Source: Candidatus Saccharimonadota bacterium
GTDB lineage: Bacteria; Patescibacteriota; Saccharimonadia; Saccharimonadales; Saccharimonadaceae
Direction of reading: 5' to 3'
Assembly (NCBI GenBank): GCA_039920285.1
Contig: JBDSDX010000001.1
Coordinates: 480,001 to 512,000, forward strand
DNA length: 32,000 bases
Shown: in pieces, positions 1-9,262 of the stretch
Layout of the letters: the number at the start of each line of letters is the position of its first letter
How positions within the stretch are numbered: position 1 is the stretch's first letter
Notes under the pieces: generated by a model
What the model was told of the DNA's origin: nothing
Seen by the model: only the letters and a program-made list of their open reading frames with translations
The model's database searches: none
Position numbers and translations under genes: made by a program

Positions 1-47
1 CTGCCGAGCTCCGCGATATCATCGCTGATATAAAGGCGAAAATGTAA
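1..47 (+). CDS. C-terminal end of an unidentified CDS that begins upstream of the window
   Basis: Frame 3 is open from the window edge to TAA at 45-47 (...AELRDIIADIKAKM*). Only 15 codons, so no product can be assigned. Confidence 0.3.
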   Translation, partial: AELRDIIADIKAKM

Positions 48-65
48 ATGACCTCTGATTTTTAC

Positions 66-73
66 GGTATAAT
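66..73 (+). promoter_or_regulatory. -10-like box GGTATAAT, 9 nt upstream of the gatC ATG
   Basis: Consensus TATAAT at 68-73 preceded by GG. No convincing -35. GGAG at 74-77 could serve as an SD only for read-through transcripts. Confidence 0.4.
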
Positions 74-82
74 GGAGCGTAT

Positions 83-373
83 ATGACACAGATCTCTAGT
101 GACGATGTGCACTATTTGGCACAGCTGAGCAACTTGCAACTTTCCAGCGATGAATCAAGCGCCTTGCAAGTTGATCTTGAAAACATTGTTGAATATATTC
201 AACAACTGTCAGAACTTGACACCACTGGTGTAGAGCCAACGTATCAAGTGACTGATCTTGAGAGTGTCTGGCGTGAAGACGTTGTCGATACGTATGGACT
301 AGGCCGCGACGAACTACTCGCTCTTGCTCCAGCGAGTGAAGCGAAGCAAATTAAGGTTCCAAAGGTACTCTAA
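83..373 (+). CDS. gatC: Asp-tRNA(Asn)/Glu-tRNA(Gln) amidotransferase subunit C
   Basis: 96-aa ORF of typical GatC size and sequence (LAQLSNLQLSSDE...LDTTGVEPT). Its stop at 371-373 lies 1 nt before the gatA ATG. Confidence 0.9.
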   Translation: MTQISSDDVHYLAQLSNLQLSSDESSALQVDLENIVEYIQQLSELDTTGVEPTYQVTDLESVWREDVVDTYGLGRDELLALAPASEAKQIKVPKVL

Positions 374-374
374 T

Positions 375-1742
375 ATGAGTATTATTAAAGATTTTATTGG
401 TCAGTCTGCGCGCGCGAATGTCGAAGCCGCATTGGCGAAGGCACATGAAAACGAATCGTTCCATGCCTTACTGAGTCTGACGGAGGAGCGTGCACTTGAA
501 CGAGCTGATGCGGTTGACCGAGGAGAAATAACCGGACGACTTGCTGGTGTGCCATTTATTGCAAAAGACAATTTCTTAACACTTGGCGGCACAACCACAG
601 CTGCAAGTACATTCCTTGAAGACTTCCATGCACCACTTCAGGCGACGGCTATTGAAAAACTTGAAGCTGAAGGCGCGATCATGATCGGTAAAGCGAACCT
701 CGATGCATTTGCGCACGGAGGAAGCACTGAAAACTCTGCATTTGGTCCCACAAAGAATGCTATCGACCAGGAACGTGTCGCTGGAGGAAGTAGCGGAGGT
801 TCAGCGGTTGTTGTTGCATTGAATATTGTCCCATTTGCACTCGGAACTGATACGGGTGGTTCGATCCGACAACCAGCCAGCTTCAACGGGGTTGTTGGCG
901 TCAAACCTACTTATGGAACAGTGAGTCGATATGGTGTTGTCGCAATGGCAAGTAGTACAGATACGATCGGCGTTCTCTCTAGCTCTGTCGAAGACGCCGA
1001 GCTCGTCATGTCAATTATGAGTGGCCGTGACAAAAAAGACATGACCACCTTACCTGATTTCTTTATTCCGTCATCTGATGAAACGTCTCTGCGTATTGGT
1101 ATTATTAAAGAATCAATGACTGACGATGTCGATAGTGATGTTCGTGAGATAACGAATAGTTATATTGAGAAACTGAAGTTAGCCGGGCATACCGTTGAAG
1201 AAGTGAGCTTGCCTCTTCTTAAGTATGCATTGGGTATTTATTATGTCGTTGTTCCAGCTGAAGTGAGTAGTAACCTGGGTCGTTATGACGGCGTCCGGTA
1301 TGGTAAGCGAGCCGAAGCAACGTCGCTATCTGACCTCTATGGACGATCACGCGATCAAGGCTTCATGACGGAAAATAAACGTCGCATCATGATCGGAAGT
1401 TATGTGTTATCGAGCGGCTTCTTTGACGCCTACTATCTCCAGGCGCAAAAAGCGCGAACACTTTTGATTAATGACTTTAATAGTTTATTTGAAAATTTTG
1501 ATGTGTTGTTGAGTCCAACCACACCAACTCCTGCCTTCAAACTTGGCGAAAATACGAATGATCCCGTCAAAATGTACTTGGCGGATGTGATGACAGTGCC
1601 GGCGAGTCTTGCGGGACTTCCTGCGGTTAACGTTCCTGCTGGTAAGAGCCATTCAGGACTTCCGATTGGTGTACAGCTTGTTGGGCAACGACGAAGCGAT
1701 AGTCGTTTATTGGCTTTGGCAAAACAAATGGAGAACAAGTAA
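375..1742 (+). CDS. gatA: Asp-tRNA(Asn)/Glu-tRNA(Gln) amidotransferase subunit A
   Basis: Amidase signature (GGSSGGSA, GTDTGGSIRQPA). Start moved from the track's 324 to ATG 375 (MSIIKDF...) because 324-374 lies inside gatC. Confidence 0.95.
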   Translation: MSIIKDFIGQSARANVEAALAKAHENESFHALLSLTEERALERADAVDRGEITGRLAGVPFIAKDNFLTLGGTTTAASTFLEDFHAPLQATAIEKLEAEGAIMIGKANLDAFAHGGSTENSAFGPTKNAIDQERVAGGSSGGSAVVVALNIVPFALGTDTGGSIRQPASFNGVVGVKPTYGTVSRYGVVAMASSTDTIGVLSSSVEDAELVMSIMSGRDKKDMTTLPDFFIPSSDETSLRIGIIKESMTDDVDSDVREITNSYIEKLKLAGHTVEEVSLPLLKYALGIYYVVVPAEVSSNLGRYDGVRYGKRAEATSLSDLYGRSRDQGFMTENKRRIMIGSYVLSSGFFDAYYLQAQKARTLLINDFNSLFENFDVLLSPTTPTPAFKLGENTNDPVKMYLADVMTVPASLAGLPAVNVPAGKSHSGLPIGVQLVGQRRSDSRLLALAKQMENK

Positions 1743-2167
1743 TGGATCAAAATCTTTCAATCATTTTCTTTTTTGCAGCAGTATTGATATTTGGTGGGCT
1801 CTTATTCGCGGTTATTGCACTCACGAAAAAAGGTCCTAAAACACTCGATGTTGAGAAATACCGCAGTCGGTGGCTATCGATTGAGACATCATTGAAAAAA
1901 GATGAAACGAGCAGCTATCCAATGAGTGTTATGAACGCAGATAAATTACTCGATCAAGCACTACAAGACCGCGGCGTTAACGGTAAAACGATGGCTGAAA
2001 AGATGAAACAAATGCAAACCAAATGGTCTAATGCCAATAACGTCTGGTCGGCACACAAACTGCGCAATCGAATTGCTCATGAACCAGATGTCCGAATTGA
2101 TTATGACGGTGCCCGACGTGCATTGGCCGCTTTTAAACAAGCACTTAAAGACGTAGGGGCTATCTAA
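1742..2167 (+). CDS. Hypothetical membrane-anchored protein with a HEPN-like RNxxxH motif
   Basis: 141-aa ORF with TAATG overlaps to gatA (1740-1744) and gatB (2165-2169). It has one N-terminal TM helix (IIFFFAAVLIFGGLLFAVIAL) followed by a helical-looking domain. RNRIAH is encoded at 2063-2080. Confidence 0.6.
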   Translation: MDQNLSIIFFFAAVLIFGGLLFAVIALTKKGPKTLDVEKYRSRWLSIETSLKKDETSSYPMSVMNADKLLDQALQDRGVNGKTMAEKMKQMQTKWSNANNVWSAHKLRNRIAHEPDVRIDYDGARRALAAFKQALKDVGAI

Positions 2168-3621
2168 TGGCATCTGCTGAAATACTTGCAAAATATGACA
2201 TGACAATTGGTATCGAATGTCACGTACAGCTCGCGACAGCGACGAAATTGTTTAGTGGCGCCGATAATGATGCAGTAGGAAAAGAGCCAAATACAGCGAT
2301 CAATCCAATTGATTTTGGTCTTCCCGGTATGTTACCCGTATTGAATCACCATGCAGTCGAACTTGCTGTTCGAGCAGGGAAAGCGTTGAACGCGAAAATT
2401 GCACGGGTGAGTCGCTTTGACCGCAAACACTATTTTTATCCAGACCTTCCGAAAGGGTATCAGATTAGCCAGATGTACCAGCCAATTATCCTCGGAGGAA
2501 CTGTTGAAGCGCCACTTGAAAACGGCGAAACAGTGACCGTTCGCATTGATCATGCGCATATTGAGGAAGACGCCGGAAAGCTGACACACTATTCTGATTT
2601 CAGTCTCGTTGATCTTAATCGTGCAGGAACACCATTAATTGAGATTGTGTCTGAACCCGATATCCATTCAGCTGCGGGAGCAAAAGCATTTGCAACCGAG
2701 CTTCATCGACTTATGACGTATGCTGGCGTCACCTACGGAAATCTATATAACGGCAATATGCGTTTTGACGTTAACTTGTCAGTCGCACTAAAAGGCGCAA
2801 CCGAGCTTGGTAAGCGCTCCGAAGTTAAGAATCTTAACTCTTTCCGAAGCGTCGAACGAGCGGCTGAGTATGAATTCAACCGTCAGATTGAACTATTAGA
2901 AAAAGGCGAAGTAATCGTTCAAGAAACTCGTGGGTGGGACGATGCGACCGGTAAGACCACTTCACAGCGCAGTAAAGAAGATGCACAAGATTATCGCTAT
3001 ATGCCTGATGCCGATATTCCGCCTATTGTTTTAACCGATGAAGAGATTGAAAGAATCCAAGCTGAAGTGCCAAATCTTCCGAGTTTCTATCGTCAAAAAT
3101 GGTCATCAATGGGACTGGACTCTTCAGTAGTGAATTCGTTGCTTGATAATCGTGAATATGCCAATATCGTCTTGGATGCGCAAACGCAAAAAGGTGACGC
3201 GATTGCGAAACCGATTGCTCACTGGTTTGCGAGTTCTATTGCAAGTGTTGACGAACAGTCTGAAGCCAGCGAGGTGAAAGTCTCGGGCGATCATCTCATC
3301 GAATTAGCTGAAATGGTGAATGGAAATGAAATCTCAAGCACCGCTGCAAAACAAATCTTTAATGAACTTCTGAGTAGTAACAAGACGCCGCGCTCAATTG
3401 CTGAGGAGAAAAATCTTCTTCAGGTCAGTGATGAGTCTGCGATTCAAGCCATTGTTGATGAAGTCCTGGCAGATCCTGCGAGTGCTCAATCAGTCGCTGA
3501 CATTAAAGCAGGACAAGATAAAGCGATTGGTTTCCTTGTCGGTCAGGTGATGAAAAAATCAGCAGGCAAAGCTAATCCAGGTATGGCGCAACAATTAATT
3601 CGCAAAAAAATAGGAGAATAA
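2167..3621 (+). CDS. gatB: Asp-tRNA(Asn)/Glu-tRNA(Gln) amidotransferase subunit B
   Basis: 484 aa with IGIECHVQL, DRKHYFYPDLPKGYQISQ and a C-terminal GatB/YqeY-type tail. Confidence 0.95.
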   Translation: MASAEILAKYDMTIGIECHVQLATATKLFSGADNDAVGKEPNTAINPIDFGLPGMLPVLNHHAVELAVRAGKALNAKIARVSRFDRKHYFYPDLPKGYQISQMYQPIILGGTVEAPLENGETVTVRIDHAHIEEDAGKLTHYSDFSLVDLNRAGTPLIEIVSEPDIHSAAGAKAFATELHRLMTYAGVTYGNLYNGNMRFDVNLSVALKGATELGKRSEVKNLNSFRSVERAAEYEFNRQIELLEKGEVIVQETRGWDDATGKTTSQRSKEDAQDYRYMPDADIPPIVLTDEEIERIQAEVPNLPSFYRQKWSSMGLDSSVVNSLLDNREYANIVLDAQTQKGDAIAKPIAHWFASSIASVDEQSEASEVKVSGDHLIELAEMVNGNEISSTAAKQIFNELLSSNKTPRSIAEEKNLLQVSDESAIQAIVDEVLADPASAQSVADIKAGQDKAIGFLVGQVMKKSAGKANPGMAQQLIRKKIGE

Positions 3622-3625
3622 AAGG

Positions 3626-4501
3626 GTGAAGCAACCAACGAAAGCAATCATTTGTGCCGCAGGTCTTGGGACACGATTTTTACCACAAACAAAAGCAATG
3701 CCAAAAGAAATGTTGCCACTGATTGATCGTCCGGTCATCCAAGTTATTGTTGAAGCAGCCGTCGCCGCTGGCGTAACTGAGGTTATTATCGTGACAGGTA
3801 GCACAAAACGTGCAATTGAAGACCATTTTGATCGAAGCAATGAGCTTGAGGCAGAACTCCGCGCAAACGGTAAGGATGATAAAGCCGATGAGATTCAACG
3901 AGTTGCTGAGTTAGCTAACTTCGTGTATGTTCGTCAAAAAGGGTTGCCGAAAGGTAACGCTCGACCAATCCTTAATGCACGACACTTGATAAATGACGAT
4001 GAGCCTTTCTTCGTCTTTTTTGCTGATGACTTTTTCCGCAGTGATGTGGCGTGGCCGGTGCAATTAAAAGATGCCTACAACGAAACAGGCAAGTCGGTGA
4101 TTTCATTGATTGAAGTCGATGATGAAGGAACAAAGAAATATGGAATCGCGAGCTTGGCCGAACAAAAACGCGATCGATTATTTCGACTTGATGGCTTTGC
4201 TGAAAAACCAGGTCCAGAACATGCCCCGTCACACTTTGCAGTTCCGGGGAGTTATCTCTTAACTCCTGAAATTTGGCCGATTCTTGAAAAGGAAAAAGTT
4301 GGTCACGGTGGCGAAATTGGGATAGCCGATAGCCTAGAAGAATTAGCAAAAAATGGTGAACTATACGGGCTATTTATTGATGGGGTATGGCATGATGCTG
4401 GTGATCAATTGAAGTATATCCAAGCAGTCGTTGACTTAGCTTTAGAAAGTGAAGAATACGGTGACGAACTCCGTACCTATCTTCGTGACCGCCTCTCATA
4501 A
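3626..4501 (+). CDS. galU: UTP--glucose-1-phosphate uridylyltransferase
   Basis: N-terminal AAGLGTRFLPQTKAMPKEMLP nucleotidyltransferase motif in a 291-aa protein. GTG start lies 4 nt after the gatB stop. Confidence 0.9.
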   Translation: MKQPTKAIICAAGLGTRFLPQTKAMPKEMLPLIDRPVIQVIVEAAVAAGVTEVIIVTGSTKRAIEDHFDRSNELEAELRANGKDDKADEIQRVAELANFVYVRQKGLPKGNARPILNARHLINDDEPFFVFFADDFFRSDVAWPVQLKDAYNETGKSVISLIEVDDEGTKKYGIASLAEQKRDRLFRLDGFAEKPGPEHAPSHFAVPGSYLLTPEIWPILEKEKVGHGGEIGIADSLEELAKNGELYGLFIDGVWHDAGDQLKYIQAVVDLALESEEYGDELRTYLRDRLS

Positions 4502-4528
4502 CGGTTTGCCTTCACCTTATTTTAAGCG

Positions 4529-4534
4529 TACAAT
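4529..4534 (+). promoter_or_regulatory. -10-like box TACAAT for the ytxG-like operon
   Basis: TACAAT lies about 40 nt upstream of ATG 4574. The SD AAAGGAG at 4561-4567 falls within the predicted leader. Confidence 0.35.
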
Positions 4535-4573
4535 AACACATATACATATATTTATGATTAAAAGGAGCAATCC

Positions 4574-4834
4574 ATGAGTTCAGCTGCCGAAGTCCTTGTT
4601 ATCATCCTGTCGATCGTTTTAGTTATCTTCTTGATCGCGGGCATTATTCTTTTGATTTACCTCATCCGTTTATCTGCAGAGATTCGCCGAATTGCGCACT
4701 CTGCTCAAAAAACAGTTGATCATATTGAGAACGCAGTAGAAGGAGCGGCAAAAATCGCTTCTCCAATGTTCATAGCAGAAATGATTGGACGATATATTAA
4801 GAAATTTACAAAAACTTCCCGGAAAGGAAAATAA
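4574..4834 (+). CDS. Small membrane protein, DUF948/YtxG-like
   Basis: 86 aa with an N-terminal TM helix followed by an amphipathic helical segment. It sits immediately upstream of a YtxH-domain gene, as in the Bacillus ytxG-ytxH pair. Confidence 0.6.
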   Translation: MSSAAEVLVIILSIVLVIFLIAGIILLIYLIRLSAEIRRIAHSAQKTVDHIENAVEGAAKIASPMFIAEMIGRYIKKFTKTSRKGK

Positions 4835-4836
4835 TC

Positions 4837-5220
4837 ATGGCTTCATCAAAAGGTAAAATTGCACTCGGCGCCGTCATCGGAACTGCAGCAGGTGCTGTCG
4901 CAGGATTTGTTACTGGTGTCCTCACCGCTCCAAAGAGTGGCAAAGAGACTCGATCAGATATTAAGAAAACAACTGATAAAACGGTCAAAGATGTGTCTAA
5001 AAAAGCCGGTCAGGTTCGTGACAAGGCTGAAGAGGTAATTGAAGACACTGTCGACAACGCAAAAGAACTCCGTACGAAAGCTGAAAAAGTGGTGAAAGAC
5101 GTTTCTCTAAAAGCTGAAGAAGTAAAAGAACGTGCCGAAGGTGCGATCGAAGGTGCTCGTAAGGGTGCCGAAAAGAAGCCGGCAGCTGCCTCTAAAAGCA
5201 AAACTCCAGCGAAGAAATAA
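4837..5220 (+). CDS. YtxH domain-containing protein
   Basis: Hallmark Gly/Ala-rich TM helix followed by APKSGKETR, then a charged K/E-rich helical tail. Confidence 0.8.
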   Translation: MASSKGKIALGAVIGTAAGAVAGFVTGVLTAPKSGKETRSDIKKTTDKTVKDVSKKAGQVRDKAEEVIEDTVDNAKELRTKAEKVVKDVSLKAEEVKERAEGAIEGARKGAEKKPAAASKSKTPAKK

Positions 5221-5225
5221 TTTCA

Positions 5226-5501
5226 ATGATCAAGAAGGCTGGGCTTAAGATCAAGAAAGAACAAGAGCTGGGCGCTCGTAGGGCGGTTCTTGAAGACCTT
5301 TTTTACGATTTTCATTCATCACGACGACAAGTGTATTGGTTTAATTTTTGGCGAGGAATCTTTTTTGGAATCGGCAGTATCGTTGGCGGTACGCTAGTTG
5401 TTGCATTAATTCTATGGTTGCTCAACCTCCTCGTTGATATTCCTGGTGGTGTCGGAGACTTTGTCCAATACATCGTCAACACCGTTCAACAGAAGAATTA
5501 A
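5226..5501 (+). CDS. Small membrane protein (DUF5665-like)
   Basis: 91 aa with a basic N-terminus and a WFNFWRGIFFGIGSIVGGTLVVALILWLL hydrophobic core. The family assignment is from memory only. Confidence 0.5.
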   Translation: MIKKAGLKIKKEQELGARRAVLEDLFYDFHSSRRQVYWFNFWRGIFFGIGSIVGGTLVVALILWLLNLLVDIPGGVGDFVQYIVNTVQQKN

Positions 5502-5546
5502 GCTTCAGCACTATCTTTTTTACTACAGACAACCCCTAAAGCCCGA

Positions 5547-5554
5547 GGTATACT
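5547..5554 (+). promoter_or_regulatory. -10-like box GGTATACT, 9 nt upstream of the dnaE ATG
   Basis: TATACT at 5549-5554 preceded by GG. No SD lies between the box and ATG 5564. Confidence 0.4.
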
Positions 5555-5563
5555 AGTGAGAGC

Positions 5564-8500
5564 ATGGGGGTAGAAATAAAAGCCAAAAACACGTCGGGGG
5601 CTGACTTAAAGCTGTCTTCTTACGTACACTTACATAATCACACTCATCACAGCGTTCTTGATGGTATGAGTAAAATTCCAGCACTCATTGATCTTGTAAA
5701 ACAGCTGGGTATGGATGCGGTTGCGATTACTGACCACGGCACAATGTCGGGGGCGGTTGATTTTTATAAGTCGTCAAAAGCAGCGGGTATTAAACCGATA
5801 ATCGGTATGGAAGCGTACGTTGCCTCGCGATCTCGTCACGACCGCGATCCTCAAAAGGACAAAGCTCGCTATCACTTGATTATATTGGCAATGAATGACC
5901 AGGGGTATAAGAACCTTATGCGTCTCAGCTCAACCGCTAACCTTGAAGGTATGTATTACAAGCCTCGAATCGATCGTGAACTCCTTGAACAGTATAGTGA
6001 AGGACTTATTATTCTCTCAGGGTGTGCCAGCAGCGAACTAGGCGAAAATTTGAAATCTGACAACTACGAAGAAGCGAAAAGTATTGCAACGTGGTACAAA
6101 TCTATCTTTGGAGATCGCTATTACCTAGAGATGCAAGATCATGGTCACCCAAAACATACACACGTGTGGGATGTACAGACAAAGATTAATGGGTATCTCG
6201 AAGAACTTTCAAAAGATCTTGATATTCCTTTAGTTATTACGAGTGACGGACACTATCTTACTCATGATGATCAAGAAGCTCACGAGATATTATTGTGTGT
6301 GGGAACTGGTTCATTCTTGAGTGATGAAAAGCGTATGTCGTTGAAGGACTTTGAACTTCATGTCACTGATCCGAAAGAGATCATCGAACGATGGGGGGTA
6401 ACTCATCCAGATGCAATTCAAAATACTCATGTGATCGCAGAACGCTGTAATGTCGAACTCCAGCTCGGCGGTATTCTTATTCCGACGTTCCCAACGCCTA
6501 AGGGCCATGACGAAAAGACCTATCTCCATGAATTGGTATTTCAGGGGCTTGCGTGGCGATACGGATCGATTACACCCGAAGAGCGAGACAAGCTCACTAT
6601 CAAAGAAGCGCGTAAGATTACTCCAGACAATGTGCTCGAACGAGCTGACTACGAGTTAGGTGTGATTGATCGTATGGGATTCAATGGATACTTCTTGATT
6701 GTCCAAGACTTTATTAACTGGGGGAAAGATCGTGGTATTATTTTTGGTCCTGGTCGTGGAAGTGCTGCTGGATCAATTGTTTCATATGCCGTCCGTATTA
6801 CTGAACTCGATCCTCTCCATTACGATTTGCTGTTTGAGCGTTTCTTGAATCCTGATCGTATTAGCATGCCTGATGTGGATATCGACATTCAAGATACACG
6901 TCGGGATGAGGTAATTCAATACTGTACCGAAAAGTATGGTGTCGAACGTGTCGCTAACATTGTGACATTCGGAACAATGGCCGCCCGCGCAGCAGTTCGT
7001 GATGTTGCTCGTGTCCTCCAGGTGCCCTATGCCGAAAGTGATCGTCTTGCGAAATTGATCCCGCAACCGGTCCAGGGACGTCATATTCCTCTCGCGAAAA
7101 GTGTCGTTGATGACCCAGATCTTAAATACGAATACGATAGCAACCCAACAGCCAGGCGCGTACTTGATTTTGCTATTCGACTTGAAGGAACAATCCGGAG
7201 TCACGGTGTGCATGCGGCTGGTGTCGTCATTGCACCAGACGACATTGTTAATTACGCGCCAGTCGAAATGTCACAAAAGGGAGTCGTTGCGACTCAATAC
7301 CCAATGGGCCCTATTGAAGAGCTCGGTTTGCTTAAGATGGACTTCTTGGGCCTCTCAAACTTAACGACGATCAACAACGCACTTCGAATTATAAAGAAGG
7401 TAAATAAAGTTGACATTAACTTAGCTGAGATTCCACTCGATGATGTGGATACATTCACCTTGCTCCAAAAAGGTGACACCACGGGTGTTTTCCAGCTGGA
7501 ATCTGCTGGTATGAAGCGGTATCTTCGGGAATTAAAACCAACGGTCTTTGATGACATTGTTGCAATGGTGGCTCTCTATCGCCCAGGCCCTATGCAGTTT
7601 ATTGATGACTTCATTAAACGAAAACATGGAGAACGTGAAATTATTTACGCACATTCAAAGATGGAGAATGCACTCGAGTCGACGTACGGTGTCTTGGTGT
7701 ACCAAGAACAAGTCATGCAAATCTCAAAAGATCTATCGGGATTCACTGGTGGAGAAGCCGATACGCTCCGTAAGGCGATCGGTAAAAAAAATGTCGAGAT
7801 GATGGGTAAGATGAAAACTCGTTTCATTGATGGTGCGATTGAACAGTCCGGCGCTCGTAAAGATGACATGGAAAAGTTTTGGAAACAGCTTGAAGACTTC
7901 GCTGCCTATTGTTTCAATAAATCTCACGCTGCATGTTACGGGATGATTTCGTACTGGACAGCATATTTGAAGGCGCACTTCCCCGAAGCTTTTATGGCAG
8001 CATTGATGACAAGTGACCAAGGAGACACGGATCGCTTAGCAATTGAGATTGCTGAGTGTAAGCACATGGGCATTACGGTTCTTTCTCCTGATGTAAACGA
8101 AAGTTTCGTCGAATTTGCAATCGTTCCGGGAAAAAGAGAAATTCGTTTTGGTATGGCAGCAATCAAGGGGGTGGGAACTGCAGTGGTTGAAGAAATATTG
8201 CGTGCCCGTGATGACGGCAAGTTTGCTGGTATTGAAGATTTTGCGAGGCGCGTTTCGAGCTCTCGAGTAAATAAAAAAGCTTGGGATTCATTAATTAAAA
8301 CAGGGGCTTTTGATAAAATGGCCGACCGTTCTGACCTCCTTTTCAATCTAGAGATGATTCAAGGATTTGCTTCAAAAATACAGAAAGAGGCACTGAGCGG
8401 CCAAATAGATCTTTTCGGCGGACTCGCTGATCAGGGGATGGCTCAACCATCAATCGCGATCCAACAAGCACCAGTTAAACATACCGAGAAGGAACGATTG

Positions 8501-9262
8501 ACCTGGGAACGAGAACTACTCGGCTTGTATATCAGTGCACATCCACTTGATAACTACGATGCATATTTTGAAGAGCAAACGATCCCTCTGGCTGAATTTA
8601 CCGCTGATATTGATGGTCGTTCGGTGACGATTGGTGGACTTATTTCGACTATCCGAAGTATCGTTACAAAGAGTGGAACAAAAATGGCGTTTCTGAAGCT
8701 CGAAGATAAGACAGGTGAGAGTGAAATTATTGTGTTCCCGAACCTGTATGAACAACTCGGTGCTAAATTACTCCAGGACACGGTCATTCGTGCCACGGGG
8801 AAAGTAACCGCCCGCGATAAAGAAGGCAATGTCACCTCAGATACTAAGATGATTGCCGACGAAATACATATTGTTGAAGACAGCGAACTCCGTAATTATG
8901 AATCGAATGGAACAAAGATGGCTCGGCCAAAAGGCGCTGCAACCGTCCAAGCAAAACGTGTTCGCTACGGTGAAAAGGCAGCCTCTACCACACCCAGTGG
9001 TCCTCCCGCGAGCAGTTATGTTCCTGTCGAGGAAATAGTGATCAAAAAACTCTATGTTCATGTCAAAGATCCCGATGATGAACAAACCTTGCTGCAACTA
9101 AAGCAGGCCTGTAGTGCATTCCCTGGACTGGGTGATATCGTCTTGGTGCTCGGTAAAGATAAAAAATCTGCTATAAAGATGCCGTTTAAAGTTGACGGAA
9201 GTGATGCGTTGGTTGGCCGATTGGTTAAGATCGTTGGCGAAGACGCCGTCGTTCTTAAATAG
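5564..9262 (+). CDS. dnaE: DNA polymerase III subunit alpha
   Basis: 1232 aa. PHP motif HLHNHTHHSVLDG, polymerase core (PDVDIDI, FNKSHAACYG), an OB fold and the canonical C-terminal domain. Confidence 0.95.
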   Translation: MGVEIKAKNTSGADLKLSSYVHLHNHTHHSVLDGMSKIPALIDLVKQLGMDAVAITDHGTMSGAVDFYKSSKAAGIKPIIGMEAYVASRSRHDRDPQKDKARYHLIILAMNDQGYKNLMRLSSTANLEGMYYKPRIDRELLEQYSEGLIILSGCASSELGENLKSDNYEEAKSIATWYKSIFGDRYYLEMQDHGHPKHTHVWDVQTKINGYLEELSKDLDIPLVITSDGHYLTHDDQEAHEILLCVGTGSFLSDEKRMSLKDFELHVTDPKEIIERWGVTHPDAIQNTHVIAERCNVELQLGGILIPTFPTPKGHDEKTYLHELVFQGLAWRYGSITPEERDKLTIKEARKITPDNVLERADYELGVIDRMGFNGYFLIVQDFINWGKDRGIIFGPGRGSAAGSIVSYAVRITELDPLHYDLLFERFLNPDRISMPDVDIDIQDTRRDEVIQYCTEKYGVERVANIVTFGTMAARAAVRDVARVLQVPYAESDRLAKLIPQPVQGRHIPLAKSVVDDPDLKYEYDSNPTARRVLDFAIRLEGTIRSHGVHAAGVVIAPDDIVNYAPVEMSQKGVVATQYPMGPIEELGLLKMDFLGLSNLTTINNALRIIKKVNKVDINLAEIPLDDVDTFTLLQKGDTTGVFQLESAGMKRYLRELKPTVFDDIVAMVALYRPGPMQFIDDFIKRKHGEREIIYAHSKMENALESTYGVLVYQEQVMQISKDLSGFTGGEADTLRKAIGKKNVEMMGKMKTRFIDGAIEQSGARKDDMEKFWKQLEDFAAYCFNKSHAACYGMISYWTAYLKAHFPEAFMAALMTSDQGDTDRLAIEIAECKHMGITVLSPDVNESFVEFAIVPGKREIRFGMAAIKGVGTAVVEEILRARDDGKFAGIEDFARRVSSSRVNKKAWDSLIKTGAFDKMADRSDLLFNLEMIQGFASKIQKEALSGQIDLFGGLADQGMAQPSIAIQQAPVKHTEKERLTWERELLGLYISAHPLDNYDAYFEEQTIPLAEFTADIDGRSVTIGGLISTIRSIVTKSGTKMAFLKLEDKTGESEIIVFPNLYEQLGAKLLQDTVIRATGKVTARDKEGNVTSDTKMIADEIHIVEDSELRNYESNGTKMARPKGAATVQAKRVRYGEKAASTTPSGPPASSYVPVEEIVIKKLYVHVKDPDDEQTLLQLKQACSAFPGLGDIVLVLGKDKKSAIKMPFKVDGSDALVGRLVKIVGEDAVVLK

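Noticed and set aside
324-374. N-terminal extensions offered by the ORF track: gatA from 324, the nuclease from TTG 15486 and clpC from TTG 17557
   Set aside because: The extensions overlap upstream genes or use TTG starts without an SD. Homology-consistent N-termini begin at ATG 375, 15537 and 17593.
9011-9259. An apparent C-terminal extension of DnaE, which is 1232 aa
   Set aside because: The last ~75 residues (KKLYVHVKDPDDEQTLLQLKQ...GDIVLVL...VDGSDALVGRLVKIVGEDAVVLK) follow the pattern of the canonical E. coli DnaE C-terminal domain. This is normal architecture, with only a modest linker insertion.
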